A stretch of 64,000 nucleotides of DNA from a virus, in IMG/VR virus record IMGVR_UViG_3300009551_000003, positions 1 through 64,000 of that record. The stretch is one strand, 5' to 3'. Positions within the stretch are counted from its first letter, which is position 1, and every line of letters begins with the position of its first letter. The notes under the pieces were generated by a model. The model had not been told where the DNA came from. It did not search any database and was given only the letters and a program-made list of their open reading frames with translations. The position numbers and the translations under genes were made by a program. Of this stretch, positions 9,961-23,337 are shown piece by piece.

Positions 9961-10353
9961 TCAGAAAGGAATATCATCGTCATCTCCATCAGGTTTCGGC
10001 CGTTGATGGTATTCTGCGATCGAGCGAACACGCCCGATCGAATAGCTGATTCCGGATGGCGTTCGGGTTTTGTCGCAACGAAACACCGTGTAGCCTGCCA
10101 TCAGCGCTTGAATGATCCAATGCACTGCCATGCCGATGCTACGCGTGTCAATCCCCACGTGACCTTTATTTCCCCAGTGATACTCGACAGGGCAGGCGCC
10201 GGTCTTTGGTTTTCCCGACCGGGCAGCCGCCGCGCGCACGTCATGGTCGATTGAGAAGTAGAACACCTCGGGCTCAGTTTCGGTCAGAGCGACCGCGATC
10301 TTGCCGGCGATCTGGCGATCAGTCTCAGCCGTGTTGATCTCTTTGAGATTCAT
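9961..10353 (-). CDS. Hypothetical protein with an SSB-like acidic tail (DDDDIPF)
   Basis: C-terminus KPDGDDDDIPF. Confidence 0.7.
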   Translation of the reverse strand: MNLKEINTAETDRQIAGKIAVALTETEPEVFYFSIDHDVRAAAARSGKPKTGACPVEYHWGNKGHVGIDTRSIGMAVHWIIQALMAGYTVFRCDKTRTPSGISYSIGRVRSIAEYHQRPKPDGDDDDIPF

Positions 10354-13300
10354 GAAGCGGTCCAATAATGCCACCATGCCCAGAGGACAGGCAGGACGCC
10401 GTGATCAACAAGATAGAACAGCACCGGCAAGGCGAACGCGAGCGTCAAGAGCGCACCGAACGCTATAAGCAAGAGACAGGCGGATATCCAAATCGTTTCC
10501 ACACGGTTCATGGTGCAGATTCCGCGTCGGCAGCCGATGGGCCAGCTACATCAGCGACCACTTCGTCGGTCAAGTCCTTGATACGCGCCTCCAGCTTCTC
10601 GCGTGAAATCTTCTTTACGCGTCGCGTGGCGTCACACATCACGAGCAGCCGCACCATCTCGTCTTCGTCGGGCTGCTTAGCAGTGCGTACACCTAGCTGA
10701 TATCCGAGAGCGCCGGCAGCAAGGACTAGTATGATGATTGCGATCGGGTCCATTTTAGAAATGCCTTTTAGCTGTCTCGTGCGCGGCAATAGCTTCCTCG
10801 GCCGCCGCGATAGCACGATCAATCATATACCGCAAGTCCCGAAGCTCGTTAACCGAGATTTTATTTGCTACCCATTGACAGCTATCGTTGAAGCCATCTC
10901 GAATCTTGAGGCTGCCGCCATGCGAATAGGTATGTTGCATCAGGCCGTCGCGATCGACTTCGAGGATCAATCGATCGTTGATCGTCATTCGAAATGACAT
11001 CAGCGTTTCTCCCGGGCCGCGTGATGCTTGTCAAAAAGCGCCGCGAGTTTCGTCTGGAGCGCAAACGTGTTCGCGCTGAAGGTCGCCACGCGCACGTTGT
11101 AGTCGCGCAGGAATATGCCAACAGATTCGTCATTGAAGCCCGGGCGAACGCAATAGTCGGCGAACTCAGAGGCGTTATCCGATTTGCGTGCAACGACAGA
11201 CACACCGTAGCGCTCCAGCATAGCACGTCCGGCTTCGGTGATCCTGACTTGCAACCCGCTCGTGGTATCGCGTTTGCTTACGAGCAACTGCCGATGCACG
11301 AGGCCACTGACTGCCGGCCCGAACTGGGGAGGCGAATAGAACCAACCTCCATCCTTGCATTGATCGGCGAGAGTGAGAACCCTGATCTGATCCTTGTTGA
11401 GCGTCTTCATCTTACCCACGATGGCTTCTCCAATTGATCGAGACGACGCGCAAGCATCCAAAAATTGTAGTCTATCTCGGCCATCCGGAGCGGCCGTCCA
11501 ACGCCGTCGCCCCACGGGCCGGCCGCGCGAAAAGTCAGCGTAACAGTCAGATCGTCGGTCGGACGTTGCGTGGCAACGGCGATTGCCGCTACCGCCGCTG
11601 GCGCCACGGTTGCGAACGACGCGAGGCCGAAGAGTTTGAGAAGGTCCCTGCGATTAGCCACGATACTTCGCTCCATCATCGATCGGCTCTAGTCCGGCGT
11701 GCGCGCGAATGATATCTCGCGCCAGCTTGATCTCCTGATGCGTGAGTTGAATATCAATATCGTGAATGACCTTCGGCCAGTACGCGCTCTCGAACCTCCC
11801 GGCCAATGCGACCGCATCCGAATTTGTGCTATTGGCTTTTGTGCACTTGCCATCTCGCCGCAGACATGAGCCGGTCGGCAGGAAATAAAATTCATTTCCC
11901 ATGTTGGCGTGGCACTCGCATCGATAGCTGTCATCACGCACTGACACTGATTGTACTCCGCTTGTGCCGGTTGACAATTTGTTGCCGCGCTATTGCATCG
12001 CGGAGTCGGGCGTAAGCCCGGCGGCCATCATCGATCCGTTCGCCCATGTTGAATCCGGCGCCGTAGGAGGAAAGCATTTGCGCGACTTCGTCGGACGGCT
12101 CCAGCGGCATGAGAACCATCATCTCACGAGTCTGGGGTGCCTGTATCGTGCCTTTAGCCTTACGCGTTGCCATTGATCCACCTTTTCACCAAAGCAAAAA
12201 TACGATATAGAGACTTCCAATCACGACCACTAGGTCGATCAACAGGAATAAAATACATCCCCAATTGGCGCCGCCGCTAAACTCGGTTGGCGCTTTCAAC
12301 TCGGTCGGCATGCTCCCCTCCGGCGGATTGATTCATCACGTTTCTCGCATGACTGCGATCAAGCTGTCAAGGCGCGTGACGACGTTATCCGCAGCTTGGT
12401 AGTTAAGAACGGCCGCCGTCAAGGCGCGTCGGGTAGCATCGTCCCCACTGATCAGGCTCGCCGTGGTATAGGCCTCTTTGACGGCCTCTTCAATTCCCGG
12501 GGACAGATAGGTATGGTTCATGATCCGGCCTCAGTTCCGACGTTACCCCAGTCTTCGTTCTGATCAGCGATCTCCGCCGTGACCTTCGCATCCGGCTTCG
12601 GAGCTTTCCAGCCATCCCGTATCGCCCGCGAGACGAGCTTGAGGCTACGCGCCGTGCTCTCAAGACTGAGGGCCATGCGCTCCCATCCCGGCCTGACGCA
12701 CGTCACATTCTTGCCGAACGGCCAGAGGCCAGTACGCACCGTATAGGCTCCCTCATGGCGGGTCTGGGCGGCCCCAGCTATATGAACGCGCGCAAGCTCT
12801 TCGGCAAAGAACGCGCACCGCTCACGCTCGGCAAAGACAGCATCGGCTATTAAACTTCCGCATTGGTGATTTTGATCAGCGTTCATCGTCGGGTATCCTC
12901 GTTGAAAAGCTTGCCATCGTCTTCATCGCCCGTTCGACGATGTCAGTGTCGATCTCGGCCAGCCGGTAAAGCTCCAGTCGGCGCAACGTGATCAGGAACT
13001 CCATTGCCTCGCCGCGCGTGAGTGCGTGCACGCCGAAATTGAAGGCGGGTTCGCCACTCGGCAAAGTGCCGTCGCGCACAAGCCTGTGCTTGATCGGATC
13101 GCGGCTCATAGGCATACAACTCCGATACGCTTCGACTGCGGATTGGCAAGAGCCTCTTCAAGTTGGCGAGAAAGTTCGGCATGCCCTTCGTGCTTCAACA
13201 GATACAGCGCCGCGTGCACCGGCCCACAGAATGCCGGCCGCTCGCCGTGGCCGCGCCAACTCAACACGACTTGACTTGTCTCGATCTGGCAGTTGCCGTA

Positions 13301-14160
13301 GTTGCACAGTCGATCCTTCATTTGCGCGGCCCCCATCCCATCACGCGGTTGACTTCTAGGACGAACCTGTCCCATTGCGTTCGGTTCAAAAATTCCGTCG
13401 CGCTCTGATCCGGCCCGTAAATCGACAGCGACAGTTCATCGTTTCCGTTTGAATGGCCCACAAGGCATCGACGGTCGTCGCCATCTTCAACATCATGATC
13501 CTCTTCGTCGAGAAATACGACAGCCTCGGTCATTCGCCGGCCTCCAATTGCGTCAAGATGTGTTCGATCAGATACGCGATGTAGCCGGGATGATTCGCTT
13601 GTCCCAGCTTTCGATCTATTCGAGGCATCGCGGCATTGACGACCTCGGCCATCACGCGCTCATGAAAATTGGCCCTATCCTGTTTCCACAGGCGATGACA
13701 CGTCACAATCTCGGCCGGCGTAAGAAGGTCGCTCATCGTCAGGATGATCGTCATCGCACTCTTGTCCCTCCGGGATACCCATAGCGCTCGAAGATACGCT
13801 TGCGACGCTCTTCGGGGGACAGCTTCAACCGATCGAACTCCTCGAACATTGCCTCTTGCTCCGCGTCGAGCGCGAGCCCTTCAACCTCCATGATCTTCTT
13901 GAAGTTGTCTCTGCTGATAGTCGTCATCACGCGCTTCCCATCGCCGGCTCGAAGTAGGCATCAATGAATTGCTTCAGATCGGCGAACAGCTTCTCTGGAA
14001 TGTCTGGACGCTCTTGAATTTGCAACAGCCCACTATGCCAGCCTAGGAACAAGAGATGATCCATGGCACTCTCACGGCACTCCTCCTCAGTCGTGCCTAC
14101 AGCGAACGGAGGGCCTTCAGTGCCATCCTCTGCAACGTGATAGGCGATGAATTGGCTCAT
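10350..14160 (-). CDS. Cluster of about 15 short hypothetical early genes (e.g. 10508-10753, 10755-11000, 11000-11410, 11934-12173, 12336-12521, 12518-12886, 13106-13321, 13318-13533, 13530-13754, 13927-14160)
   Basis: Chain of ATGA/TGATG overlaps on one strand; no family recognised. Confidence 0.55.
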
Positions 14161-14349
14161 GGCGCACAAGTCCCGTAGCCGGTCACGTGACGGCCGTTGA
14201 CGATGCACTCGATCCTGACCACGTGAATATAGGTCAGCACAATCAGCCCGAATACTACGATGCCAAAGAGCAGCTTCATGTCAGCATCCATATCAAGAGC
14301 AGCACCACAAGGAGCGTGCCTATTATCTGGAGCGGGCTGTCCGTGTGCA

Positions 14350-14847
14350 TCATGACTCCCTCTCCCGGGGATGAAGAGCTACAACCGATGGAATGCGCTC
14401 AGGGTTCTCAACGCGCGGCGGCATGCCTCGCGCCAGTTGTTCCTTCACTTCAGGCGGATAATCCACAAGACAGTGACGCCAGACGTCCTCGATCGTAATC
14501 CAGAAATCCATCATGCGGACGCCGCCACGCCAGCGTCGCACGAGCCGATGGTGCCCGTCAACAATTGAAAACGCGCCGTCCGAGAACAGCACACCATAAC
14601 CGGGCTCGCGCAGTATTTTGGCAGGGAGCCCGGCAATTCTCGGCTCTTCGATGCCGCGATGCTTCATACACAGATCGTAGACTGCCTCGTCGAGGTCCAT
14701 CGTGATCCGGCGAAACTCCGCCGGCATCGCCGCGTGAAGACGCCCAAGCAACGTTGCGTTGAAGTGCAACATCCCGTTGCCGTGATAGTAGGAGAACACC
14801 TGATCAGTGTCGCGGTGATCCAGATCGATGACGTAATAAGGGCTCAT
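14350..14847 (-). CDS. ParB/Srx-like N-terminal domain protein
   Basis: Start MSPYYVID; motif EPGYGV...SIVDGHHRL. Confidence 0.6.
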   Translation of the reverse strand: MSPYYVIDLDHRDTDQVFSYYHGNGMLHFNATLLGRLHAAMPAEFRRITMDLDEAVYDLCMKHRGIEEPRIAGLPAKILREPGYGVLFSDGAFSIVDGHHRLVRRWRGGVRMMDFWITIEDVWRHCLVDYPPEVKEQLARGMPPRVENPERIPSVVALHPRERES

Positions 14848-17800
14848 AACGTATGCTCCATCCACCAATTGGCGAGCTTGCGTGCTTGCGCATCGTTGTG
14901 GCAAATGATCTCGTCTTGGAACATCGTGCAGCCGATTGACTTCGCATAGCGATACATCGCCTCGAAGAGCTTCGCGGCTCGCCACTGTTGCTGCATCAGC
15001 GCTTCCACCTTGACGATCATGCCGCTTGCTCCTGCTTGCGCTCGGCTGCAATGTAGTCGGGCGTTGCCATGCCACGATGGGCACAACTATACGCAAACTT
15101 GCGCGCATGCTCACCATTGCAGAAGAACTTATCCACATAACTCTTGCCGTCCCACGTACCGAACGACCGGATGCTGCCGCCCGCACCGCGTTGCACAGAT
15201 ACTACGACTTCATTTGTCATCTTGCGACAATCAGCGATGGTCGTCGGCGGCTCGTCGCACACGATGTACCGCGAGAATTGGCTTTCAGTCATGTACACCC
15301 GATGCTGACGTTCGATCCAGTTGACTTTCGTTCGCTTGCGGATTGAACCGCCGCAATACCGGCAGAGAGGTTGCGTCATCGGCGTACCTTCCGCTTGATT
15401 GGCTTGTAATTGGCAATGGCGGCATCATTAAGCGCGTCGAGATAGCTCTTCGTCGCCATTGCAACGGCATCCTCGGGGCTGGCACCGGAGCCGCCGTGCC
15501 CCTCGACTGACGCGCGCCAGAAGCCCAACTCGTCGTAGCGCTGCCAAATCTCAACGCGCCTCGCCACCGCTCCCGGTCGGAACGGAATCTTTTCGAAGGC
15601 TTCCATCAGATGTGTTTTGTAGCTCATGACGGTTCACTGTACAGTGCTCTATAGATGATCTGCATAACCGCTTCGTCGGCATCGCCGGCCGCTAAACGCC
15701 GCGAGCGCTACTACCTCGTCGGACACGGCGCGACTGTCCGGCGGCTCATTACGCATCAGCATGTTGACTGCCAAGTCAAGTCCACGGCGGTAGTCCGCGA
15801 TAGTTACTTCAGTCGTCATCATGGCCTTCGCAGTGTTTGTGGATGGTCCTGTCTTGTTCGTCGGATATGATCTCTTCGTCGTGCCCTAGCTCTTCACCGC
15901 ATACAGCGCAGAGCGCGCCGGCTAGGAAGTCGCGCAGTTGCTTCATCTGATAGTTCGCAGTGCGAAGGTCGTCATCGCGTTCGGCGTTACGAAGAGCTTC
16001 TTTGAGAGGGTCGGTCACCATTTCAACTTCGCTTACTGGAGCCGGATGGCCGACCTTGACCTTCGCCGCTTCGAGGGCGCGTTGCCGCGACGCTTCACGC
16101 GCTAACCGGCTACGACTACCCCATCGCTTAGCGTGGTTAAACCTCACCGCCATTGTCCAGCACGCCACGTGTAGCCCCATTCAGCCATCTCTTTCGCGGT
16201 CGGGTCGTTACACTTGCACGTGCCGTCCGCGCGATAGTGTTCGGCCGCGAAAATCACGTGTGGACACTTGGCAATGGTGCTCTGATCGATTATGCGAACG
16301 TTGCCGCCGGCATCAATGAATGTCGTCATCTCACCGCTCCCGGTTCGATCATGTTGATCAGGGTGATCTCCCTGATGGCACGCTCGACATAGGTTGTTTT
16401 CAACCGTTTGATCTCGGCCTTGGCCTTGGCGCCGTCCTTGAACGGGCCGAACACGGCGAAGTCGGTTCGAGCCTCGTTGAAGAACACGATAATGGCTTTC
16501 ATCGGAAGAACCTCGCAAGGGGGTGAATCTTTCTGACTTCGGCCTTGGCATGCTCGCGGGTTCGGCCGCGCACATAGCCACTGATCAGGCCAGCCGGGTT
16601 GGCTTCGTAATAGTACAGCGGGTGATCAATGCCCCAATACGCACCGCCAGCATCGTACCCGCCGCTGTCAAGCCGCACACGCACAAGGTACATCGGCGCT
16701 GCGTTCTCGTTGACTGTGTATTTGTCCGCGCCGCGCGATGGGCGGCCCATCGGTGCACCATACTTGCAATCGACCGGAGGGGCTGGGTTTATGCGCATCG
16801 CTGCCTCCGGACGCGCCTGTGATAGGTGCCGTAATAGGTGACGCCCTTGGCCTTCTGATCACGAGCGATCTGATCACGCAACGTCGCATAGAGCGCGTGA
16901 CCGACCGCAAGGGCCTCCTGATGTTGGGCCAATCGCAACGGCTCTGACACTCGCGCAAGGATCAGCGCAGCGTCGTCAGATATCTCCGCCGGCAGAGCGA
17001 TGAATGTAAGAGGCTTTGGCATCAATCCACCTCCCAGCCGGCCGCGATCACGTCGGCTATGCTGTTGAAGGCTTCGACGAACTCACCGTGCATCCTGTCC
17101 GGATGGTTTTCGATCTTGATCGCCAAGCGCACGCCGCCGTCATAGCCGACAGCGCGGATGATACCGCACTTCGGAAATATGTTGTCCGGACGCTCTTTTG
17201 GCTTCTTCATGCAAAGATGGGTGACGAGCGGCCACGTGCTCGTGTGCTGCAACATCGCTCGTGTTATGTCGGCTCGCGTCATGGTAGTGCTGTTCACGCT
17301 GCACCTCGGGCGTCGTCGATCTTACTGATCAGATCGTCGAGGTCAAGCTCGTTGAGAGCGCTATGGACGTCTTCAAGGTTGGTCGCGGCGTCCTCGGCTG
17401 CGGTTCCCTTGTCGCCGCCCTTCAGGTTGTCGCTCATGTTATCGTAGTAGTCGCGCTCCTCTTGCGCGGCGTTCTCGACAAGATCAGTGGCCTGCGCAAG
17501 ATCATCCTTGATCTTTTCGAGGAGGTCCATCGCCTGACTTAGGCTCTTCCGTCGTGCGGCGTTCATTGGTGCGTTCTCCAGTGCTGCGACGTCGTGCCAG
17601 TGACATACCATCGCGGACCGCCGACGCCAAGGCCTGATCCAACTGATCCTTGAACATAGTTAATAATCTCTGATGTTCGGTTGGAGTCAGCACAGTCGTC
17701 TCGTCGGCCCATTTGATTTGACTGGAAAGCTCGAAGCTAGCCGGCAACACGACAGGTGAAGGCGGGCTCAGCGTCATCACCTCACGCGCACAATGCTCCA

Positions 17801-18178
17801 GATAGGCAACGTGCTCAGCGACCGGCGACAGGCTTCCGTCGATTCCGATGCCCCAACACGAGCGCGCTGCGATAGCGCCATCGTATCGAGGATGGAAGAA
17901 GTCACTGCTGATCCGACGCCAACTCGCTTCGGCGGCGGAGTAACGCCGACACTCTTTCGCCAGCTTACCGCGTGCGCGGCGTCGTGCGCGTCGCGTGCTC
18001 ATGACGGCTTCCGCTCTCCGGTCTCGAATTTCTCACGTTCATCGAGACTGTTGTGGACATGAAGCTCGGCGGTCTCGCTATGCTCAATGCGAGGCGAGCA
18101 CCAGCACGACGCTCCAATCCCCGTCTCATGCTCGCGCAAATCACTGGTCGGGACGACGTGATACACGTTAGCATTCAT
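14844..18178 (-). CDS. Cluster of short hypothetical genes (e.g. 15017-15379 with CxxC, 15376-15627, 16499-16798, 16789-17025, 17022-17297, 17294-17566 MNAARRK helical protein, 17999-18178)
   Basis: Coupled co-oriented ORFs. Confidence 0.55.
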
Positions 18179-18213
18179 GGCATGTACCTCAATATCAGAG
18201 CCCCAATTTATTT

Positions 18214-18597
18214 TCATTTTCGTGGTGGCCTCCCCAAGTAGGAGACAGGATCGTGCGTGTACTGATCAGGCGTGACCGGCACCGTATGCACGCTATCCCA
18301 AATCATGCCGTCACGCCAGACAACCCAGTGCCAATTGCGCGTACCCTCGCACACGGAAGGGATGACCTTGACAATGGATTTGTCTGGAATATCGTGCCAA
18401 TCCTTAGAGCGCACGAGGATCAGCTTCGCCTTGATGTGCGAGCGCGTGCCGACCTTCATCTGCCATGTCGTTGTGCCGAACGATCGCTTGCGCTTCCAGT
18501 TCGGATGCAGACGCGCAAGCGCCTTCGGATACGAAATATCCTTGAGATTCGCCAGCGCGCAGACGCCGCAATCATTGCGTTTGATGCTCGTGATCAT
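18214..18597 (-). CDS. C39-like cysteine peptidase domain protein
   Basis: NDCGVCALA...WHWVVW...IWDS, giving a Cys-His-Asp arrangement. Confidence 0.6.
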   Translation of the reverse strand: MITSIKRNDCGVCALANLKDISYPKALARLHPNWKRKRSFGTTTWQMKVGTRSHIKAKLILVRSKDWHDIPDKSIVKVIPSVCEGTRNWHWVVWRDGMIWDSVHTVPVTPDQYTHDPVSYLGRPPRK

Positions 18598-18936
18598 GAT
18601 CTTCGCTTCAGATTGCGAACGCGATCGAACCACTTCTCCCAGCTTCCGCCTTTCGGTGGAGTGCCGGCGCATCGTGCCATGGCGATCATGTCGGCCTCCC
18701 TGACGAGGTTCGGATGCTCAATGATGAAACGCGCGTGATTCGCGCACATCCACCATGCGACTTCGTTCGGGTCGCGACCCTTTAAGAGTTGAACGACGCG
18801 GCGTAAAGCACTGTCGAGTTCTTCAGTTGCAGCTAAAAGTTCTAAATCCACTACGCTCATTTGAAATGTCCCATCACTTTACGACGATGCCCGGGTCGAG
18901 CCCGGGCATCGCGATCGGGCTGGCGCGGCGCGCCAT

Positions 18937-19698
18937 TTACGCCGGCTGCAACATCTGTTCGAGACCGAAGCCGGGTTCATCCCAGAAGTCGATCACGAAA
19001 CGGCCGACGCCTTCGTTGAGGCGAGCGTTGTTCACCACGACCATGAGGAAGGGATCAGGATGCTCGATATGCGGAGCCGGCGCATAGTCGCAAATGAAGA
19101 ACGATACCGGATCGACAAAACTCTTCTCGATCTCGGCGACCTTGCGGAGTGCATGAATAGGCACGAGCTTGTTGTAGGGCTCGCCGCTCGACTTCACTTC
19201 CTTGGTTGCTTTCATTTGCTGACCGCTGCTTGTCCACGTCATCAGTTCCTCAGTGCCGAGGTGCGGACCGTGGTAGTAGTCAGATGCCGCAACTTTCACT
19301 GGCGCCACCGTGGGGTTACGCCTAGCGATGTGACGAGCCGCCGTTCCGAAACGCACGTCGCGGATGTCATCCTTGAGCCGCAGCGGGCGCCAGTGCCAGC
19401 CGGCCTTTGCTTCGCTTTCTTCGGCGGCCTTCTTGTCCATGTACGCCGTGACGGTTGCCAGCGCAAACACCGGCCAATCCTTGGCCCGCAAAAACGCCTT
19501 GAATTTCTCGATCTTCAGATCGGCGTCGATATGCGGATTCTCCAAGCCGAGCGATTTGCTCAACTCAGCATATTCTTCGAGAAGATCGGGCCGCGCTCGC
19601 GGCGTCGCCTCTAGCGACGTGCGATCAGAGCCGACGTCTGGCCGCTCGCGCGTGATAAGATCAGTCGGCGAGCCGCGTCGAAGTAGCGTTGAAAACAT
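18937..19698 (-). CDS. Hypothetical phage protein (253 aa)
   Basis: GGAG RBS, upstream TTGACA, C-terminal PDPFLMV...IDFWDEPGF. Confidence 0.75.
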   Translation of the reverse strand: MFSTLLRRGSPTDLITRERPDVGSDRTSLEATPRARPDLLEEYAELSKSLGLENPHIDADLKIEKFKAFLRAKDWPVFALATVTAYMDKKAAEESEAKAGWHWRPLRLKDDIRDVRFGTAARHIARRNPTVAPVKVAASDYYHGPHLGTEELMTWTSSGQQMKATKEVKSSGEPYNKLVPIHALRKVAEIEKSFVDPVSFFICDYAPAPHIEHPDPFLMVVVNNARLNEGVGRFVIDFWDEPGFGLEQMLQPA

Positions 19699-19759
19699 CT
19701 CACTTCTCCATTTGATTGCATCGCCATTGATTGGCCGAACAACACCGCGATGTCAAGTG

Positions 19760-22493
19760 CTAAAAGTTCGGTCGTTCGACTTCGTGAACCTCCCACTTCT
19801 CATAGCCAAGACTTCCGATGATTGCTTGATTCGAATAGATGCCGGCCTTCATCTCAGTGGGGAACGGACCGACGACCAACGTCACCTTGCCTTCAACGAT
19901 CTTCAGCACAACCCACACACCATCCTTGATGTTGTCCCATCGGGCCGTGTCCCAATTCCACACGATGAATCCATACGCCACTGCATGTTGCAGCAACGGT
20001 CGCGTCGGATCGTTCTTCACGTAGGGTGTTTCAATCACTTCCATGGTCCCGGATGTGGGAGGAATTTGATGTTGACTTCGGCAATGCGCCGGCCGAAGCC
20101 GGGCACCTCCTCGCATCGTGCCATGACGCGATAGAAGCCATCTCCAATGCCAGTCGGGATTGATATCGCCAGCGAGGCGTTGGCGACGTTGCCGGGCGGG
20201 TCATCTCGCAATTTGCCGCAAACAGTGCCACCTCTTATTGCGCGATGCGGGTCCCAAGTATCAGAGACCACTTGCGCATGGACAGGATCACAAAGCAGAA
20301 GCGTCCCGGTATCGATGCAGATATCGCCAACCGGGTGCCAGTCGTTGTCTTTCTTGGGCATAATGGTTCCCAATTCGCCTAGCAGCCACTCGACCCACGG
20401 CGCCGGGACCGGATAGCCGAGCGGGGATTCTAGGTGCTCGCGGATTTTGTTGAATTTGCCTTCGCGACTGAGATGTTCGAATGCGCCGCTCATAGCCGAT
20501 GTTCCTCCCACCATGAGCGAAGCAACTTCGCTTGTTCTGCCGTCGCGGTGATTTCACCGTCTCTAACCGTGCAGCCGATGCCGATTGTATAGGCGATGAA
20601 AACAGCTTCGAGATATCGAGCCTGAGCGAACCGCTCGGCGCGCGGTGCCGCGAACCTGTACCGCTGGCCCTGATTCTTGGTGGGCACGTACACCTCAAAT
20701 AGCCGCTTGCCGGCAGCGTGAACCTGATGTCGCTCTCGTCTCACAACGAGCTTGTCGGCCGCGTGGACCTGATGTCGGGCTCGTCTCACCTCGGGCTTGC
20801 CTTCGATCGTAAATCCGTTCTGCCTCATGGATAGTGTCCCATGCAAGTGTCCCCTCCCTCATGCGTCTTTTTGCAGAAGGGACAGTACGGAGCGTCGGGC
20901 TGCGGACGACTGTCGTCGTGCTTGCGCAAATCACGCTCATGGTCGGCATGCTCGTCGGGTGTTGCGGCGCGCGTCATCGTTCGTTCCTGTGTTGCCGCGC
21001 TTGATAGACAGTCAAATGATTTAGGCCCAGCATCGTGCATCGGTATGGTGGACCCTCGACCATGCCCAGATCGCGCAACCGATCGAACATGCGACTGACC
21101 GCGCCGCCGGCTCGACCCTTACCAGCGCACCACGCCGATGGCCCACGATCGCGAATACGCACCATGGCCTCGATCTGTGTTTTTGTCAGCGGCGTCATTG
21201 CGCACCCGCGATGCAATCGAGTCCTAACGGCGTGCACTCATACGGTGGACCCTCGACCATGCCCAGATCGCGCAACCGATTGAGCATGCTCTTGATGGAG
21301 CCTACCGCGCGGAACGGCCGTCCATCGCGGATAGCGATCATGGCGTCGATCTGAGATTTTGTGAGCGGCGTCACGATCGTTGGCTTTGGAGCGCAGCACT
21401 GTCGCAACAGCGCCTTGATAAGTTCGGCGTCTCTGATGCAGTCGAGCTTTTTGACCGCGCCGATAAGCTCTTGGTGAAGATCGGTGTTCATCACGGGCAT
21501 CACTTCCCTACAGACAGAGCGCACGCGATCTAAAATCATTTCGCGTCGCATGCTCACTTTTAATAGTTCCTCGCGCGATATTCGGCAAGCTGTTTGCCCC
21601 AGTCCATGTCAAGCTTATAGACCTCCATCAGCTTTGTCATGTTCTTTTCGTTGTCGAGATCGGCCGCGATCTTGAACACGTCCTGCGATGGCGAGACGAA
21701 CACCGGGAAGTCGGACCAATCAAAGGTATCGCACGCAATGATGACGTGCGAGGCGCCCATGCGTTTACCCCGTTCGAGCCAACCACGAATCTCTTCTTTA
21801 CCTATTGGCATGGCTCAATAGCTTCCGTCATAGTCCCAGTAGAACGAGCACTCGCATCCGCGAGCGTCCACGGTCCACCGCCAATGTCGTCGGCGGACCG
21901 TCCCTTTCCAGAACAACCACCATGGCGTCCACTGCCAAGGACCAATCACATGCTCGGGAAAGTCGATCTTCATGTTGTCTTCCTTTGTGCCTTGCGGCCG
22001 AGCCTCATGTACTGGCACGCGTTGCAGCGACACTCGGTCGGCATCTGCTGCCGGCGGATGTACCAGCGCATGTCATAGCCATCGGCCTTGGCCGCGTCAT
22101 ACAGCCATTCTGGCAAGACGACCGGGACGGTCGGTGCAAACGCCGGAACCGCGTTGTAGGCCGCTCGTAGCTCGGCTAGCGTGATGGCGGTTTTCATCCC
22201 TCGCCCCGGGGCTCGGCGCGGCCGGCAGCAATCTCGGCGCGGAGGGTTTCGACTTCGGAGTGAAGGTCGTCGATCTGTCTTTGCAGTGACCGGGTCTGCC
22301 GCTTGCCAGTGCTGTCCGCCAATGGGTTATTCATAACGAAGTGGATCAGTTCGGTCGGATCACAGTCATGGCGCGTGGCCCAGCCGATCAGCCGCTTGCG
22401 CAGTTCGATCACTCGCATCGGTCGCGATGATCGGTGGAATTGGCCGCGCAAGAGGCGTACGGCCGGATGTTCGGTGATCTGCTCTGGCAGCAT
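19760..22493 (-). CDS. Cluster of short hypothetical genes (19760-20043, 20035-20493, 20490-20828, 20974-21198, 21195-21557, 21560-21811, 21970-22197, 22194-22493)
   Basis: Coupled ORFs downstream of the leftward promoter at 22557. Confidence 0.55.
21047..21280. repeat. 37-bp direct repeat (21047-21083 and 21244-21280) within tandem paralogous genes
   Basis: GGTGGACCCTCGACCATGCCCAGATCGCGCAACCGAT occurs twice. Confidence 0.9.
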
Positions 22494-22532
22494 TTTCTCA
22501 TAATCCGAGTTTTGATTCGGGCTGATTTTGGC

Positions 22533-22557
22533 TAGCTGATTTTCTGGCACGCGTCAA
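22533..22557 (-). promoter_or_regulatory. Leftward sigma70-type promoter
   Basis: TTGAC gcgtgccagaaaatca GCTA on the minus strand. Confidence 0.65.
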
Positions 22558-22983
22558 GCTCTTTCGTTGCGTGCCAGTGCCGTGCCAGTGTGCCAGTTTC
22601 GGGGCGATTGGCGGGTTTTTCTTAATCGATGCACTCATTGTCGGGCTCGACGGTTCGGTCGTTTTCGACTTTACCATAACTCGGGGCAGTCTGGCACACT
22701 ACTGGCACGGCTGAAAACGTCTATCCGTGACACGTAAGTTATTGATCTTGCTGATTCGGAACACTGGCACGCTTGGAACACTTATATCCTAGGGTGTTAG
22801 TAGTATGTGTATGTGGGGAGGGGCTGTAGTGGGGGTGTAGTGTGTATCCCAGTGCCAATGTGCTTTTTATCCGTGCCAGTGTGCCAAGCCCTCGAATCGG
22901 TCGTTTTTGCAGGGTATGGATTGCCTCCGGCGATCGTCCGCTAGGCGCCTCGGCGATTATGATTAACCTCTAATTCGGGGCCG

Positions 22984-23337
22984 TTAACCTTAATTATTAA
23001 CCTTAATTCGTGCATGCGCGACCCGTTAACCCCTCATTTACCACGATTCGCATCTCCTATTGACATGCTAAGTGCATGATATCATTACATAATAGCCTGT
23101 CAAGAGCCTATTGCTCGATTCGCAGGGTAGGGTTACTGTGTATGATTGTCGTCATTCTATTAACTATCTGATCGCGCAGCCTATTCGTGCATTAACCTTA
23201 ATTATTAACGTTAACGCGAGCCTGCCCTGTCCAGCGCTGCACGTGGTAAGTCATTGATTTCATTAGCGTAACGTGCGTTAACGTTAATTCTTAACCCTAA
23301 CGAACGTTCGTGCATTAACGTTAAATCTTAACGTTAA
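22984..23337. repeat. Four copies of TTAAC[CG]TTAA[TA]T[AC]TTAAC[CG][TC]TAA
   Basis: Copies at 22984, 23192, 23278 and 23315; three are preceded by CGTGCR. Confidence 0.85.
23247..23259 (-). promoter_or_regulatory. IHF consensus site
   Basis: AATCAATGACTTA fits WATCAANNNNTTR; near-matches at about 22736 and 23069. Confidence 0.5.

Noticed and set aside
22984-23337. TTAAC repeats as a CRISPR array or canonical CtrA boxes
   Set aside because: Spacing is irregular with only four copies, and the TTAA half-sites are not separated by 7 nt.
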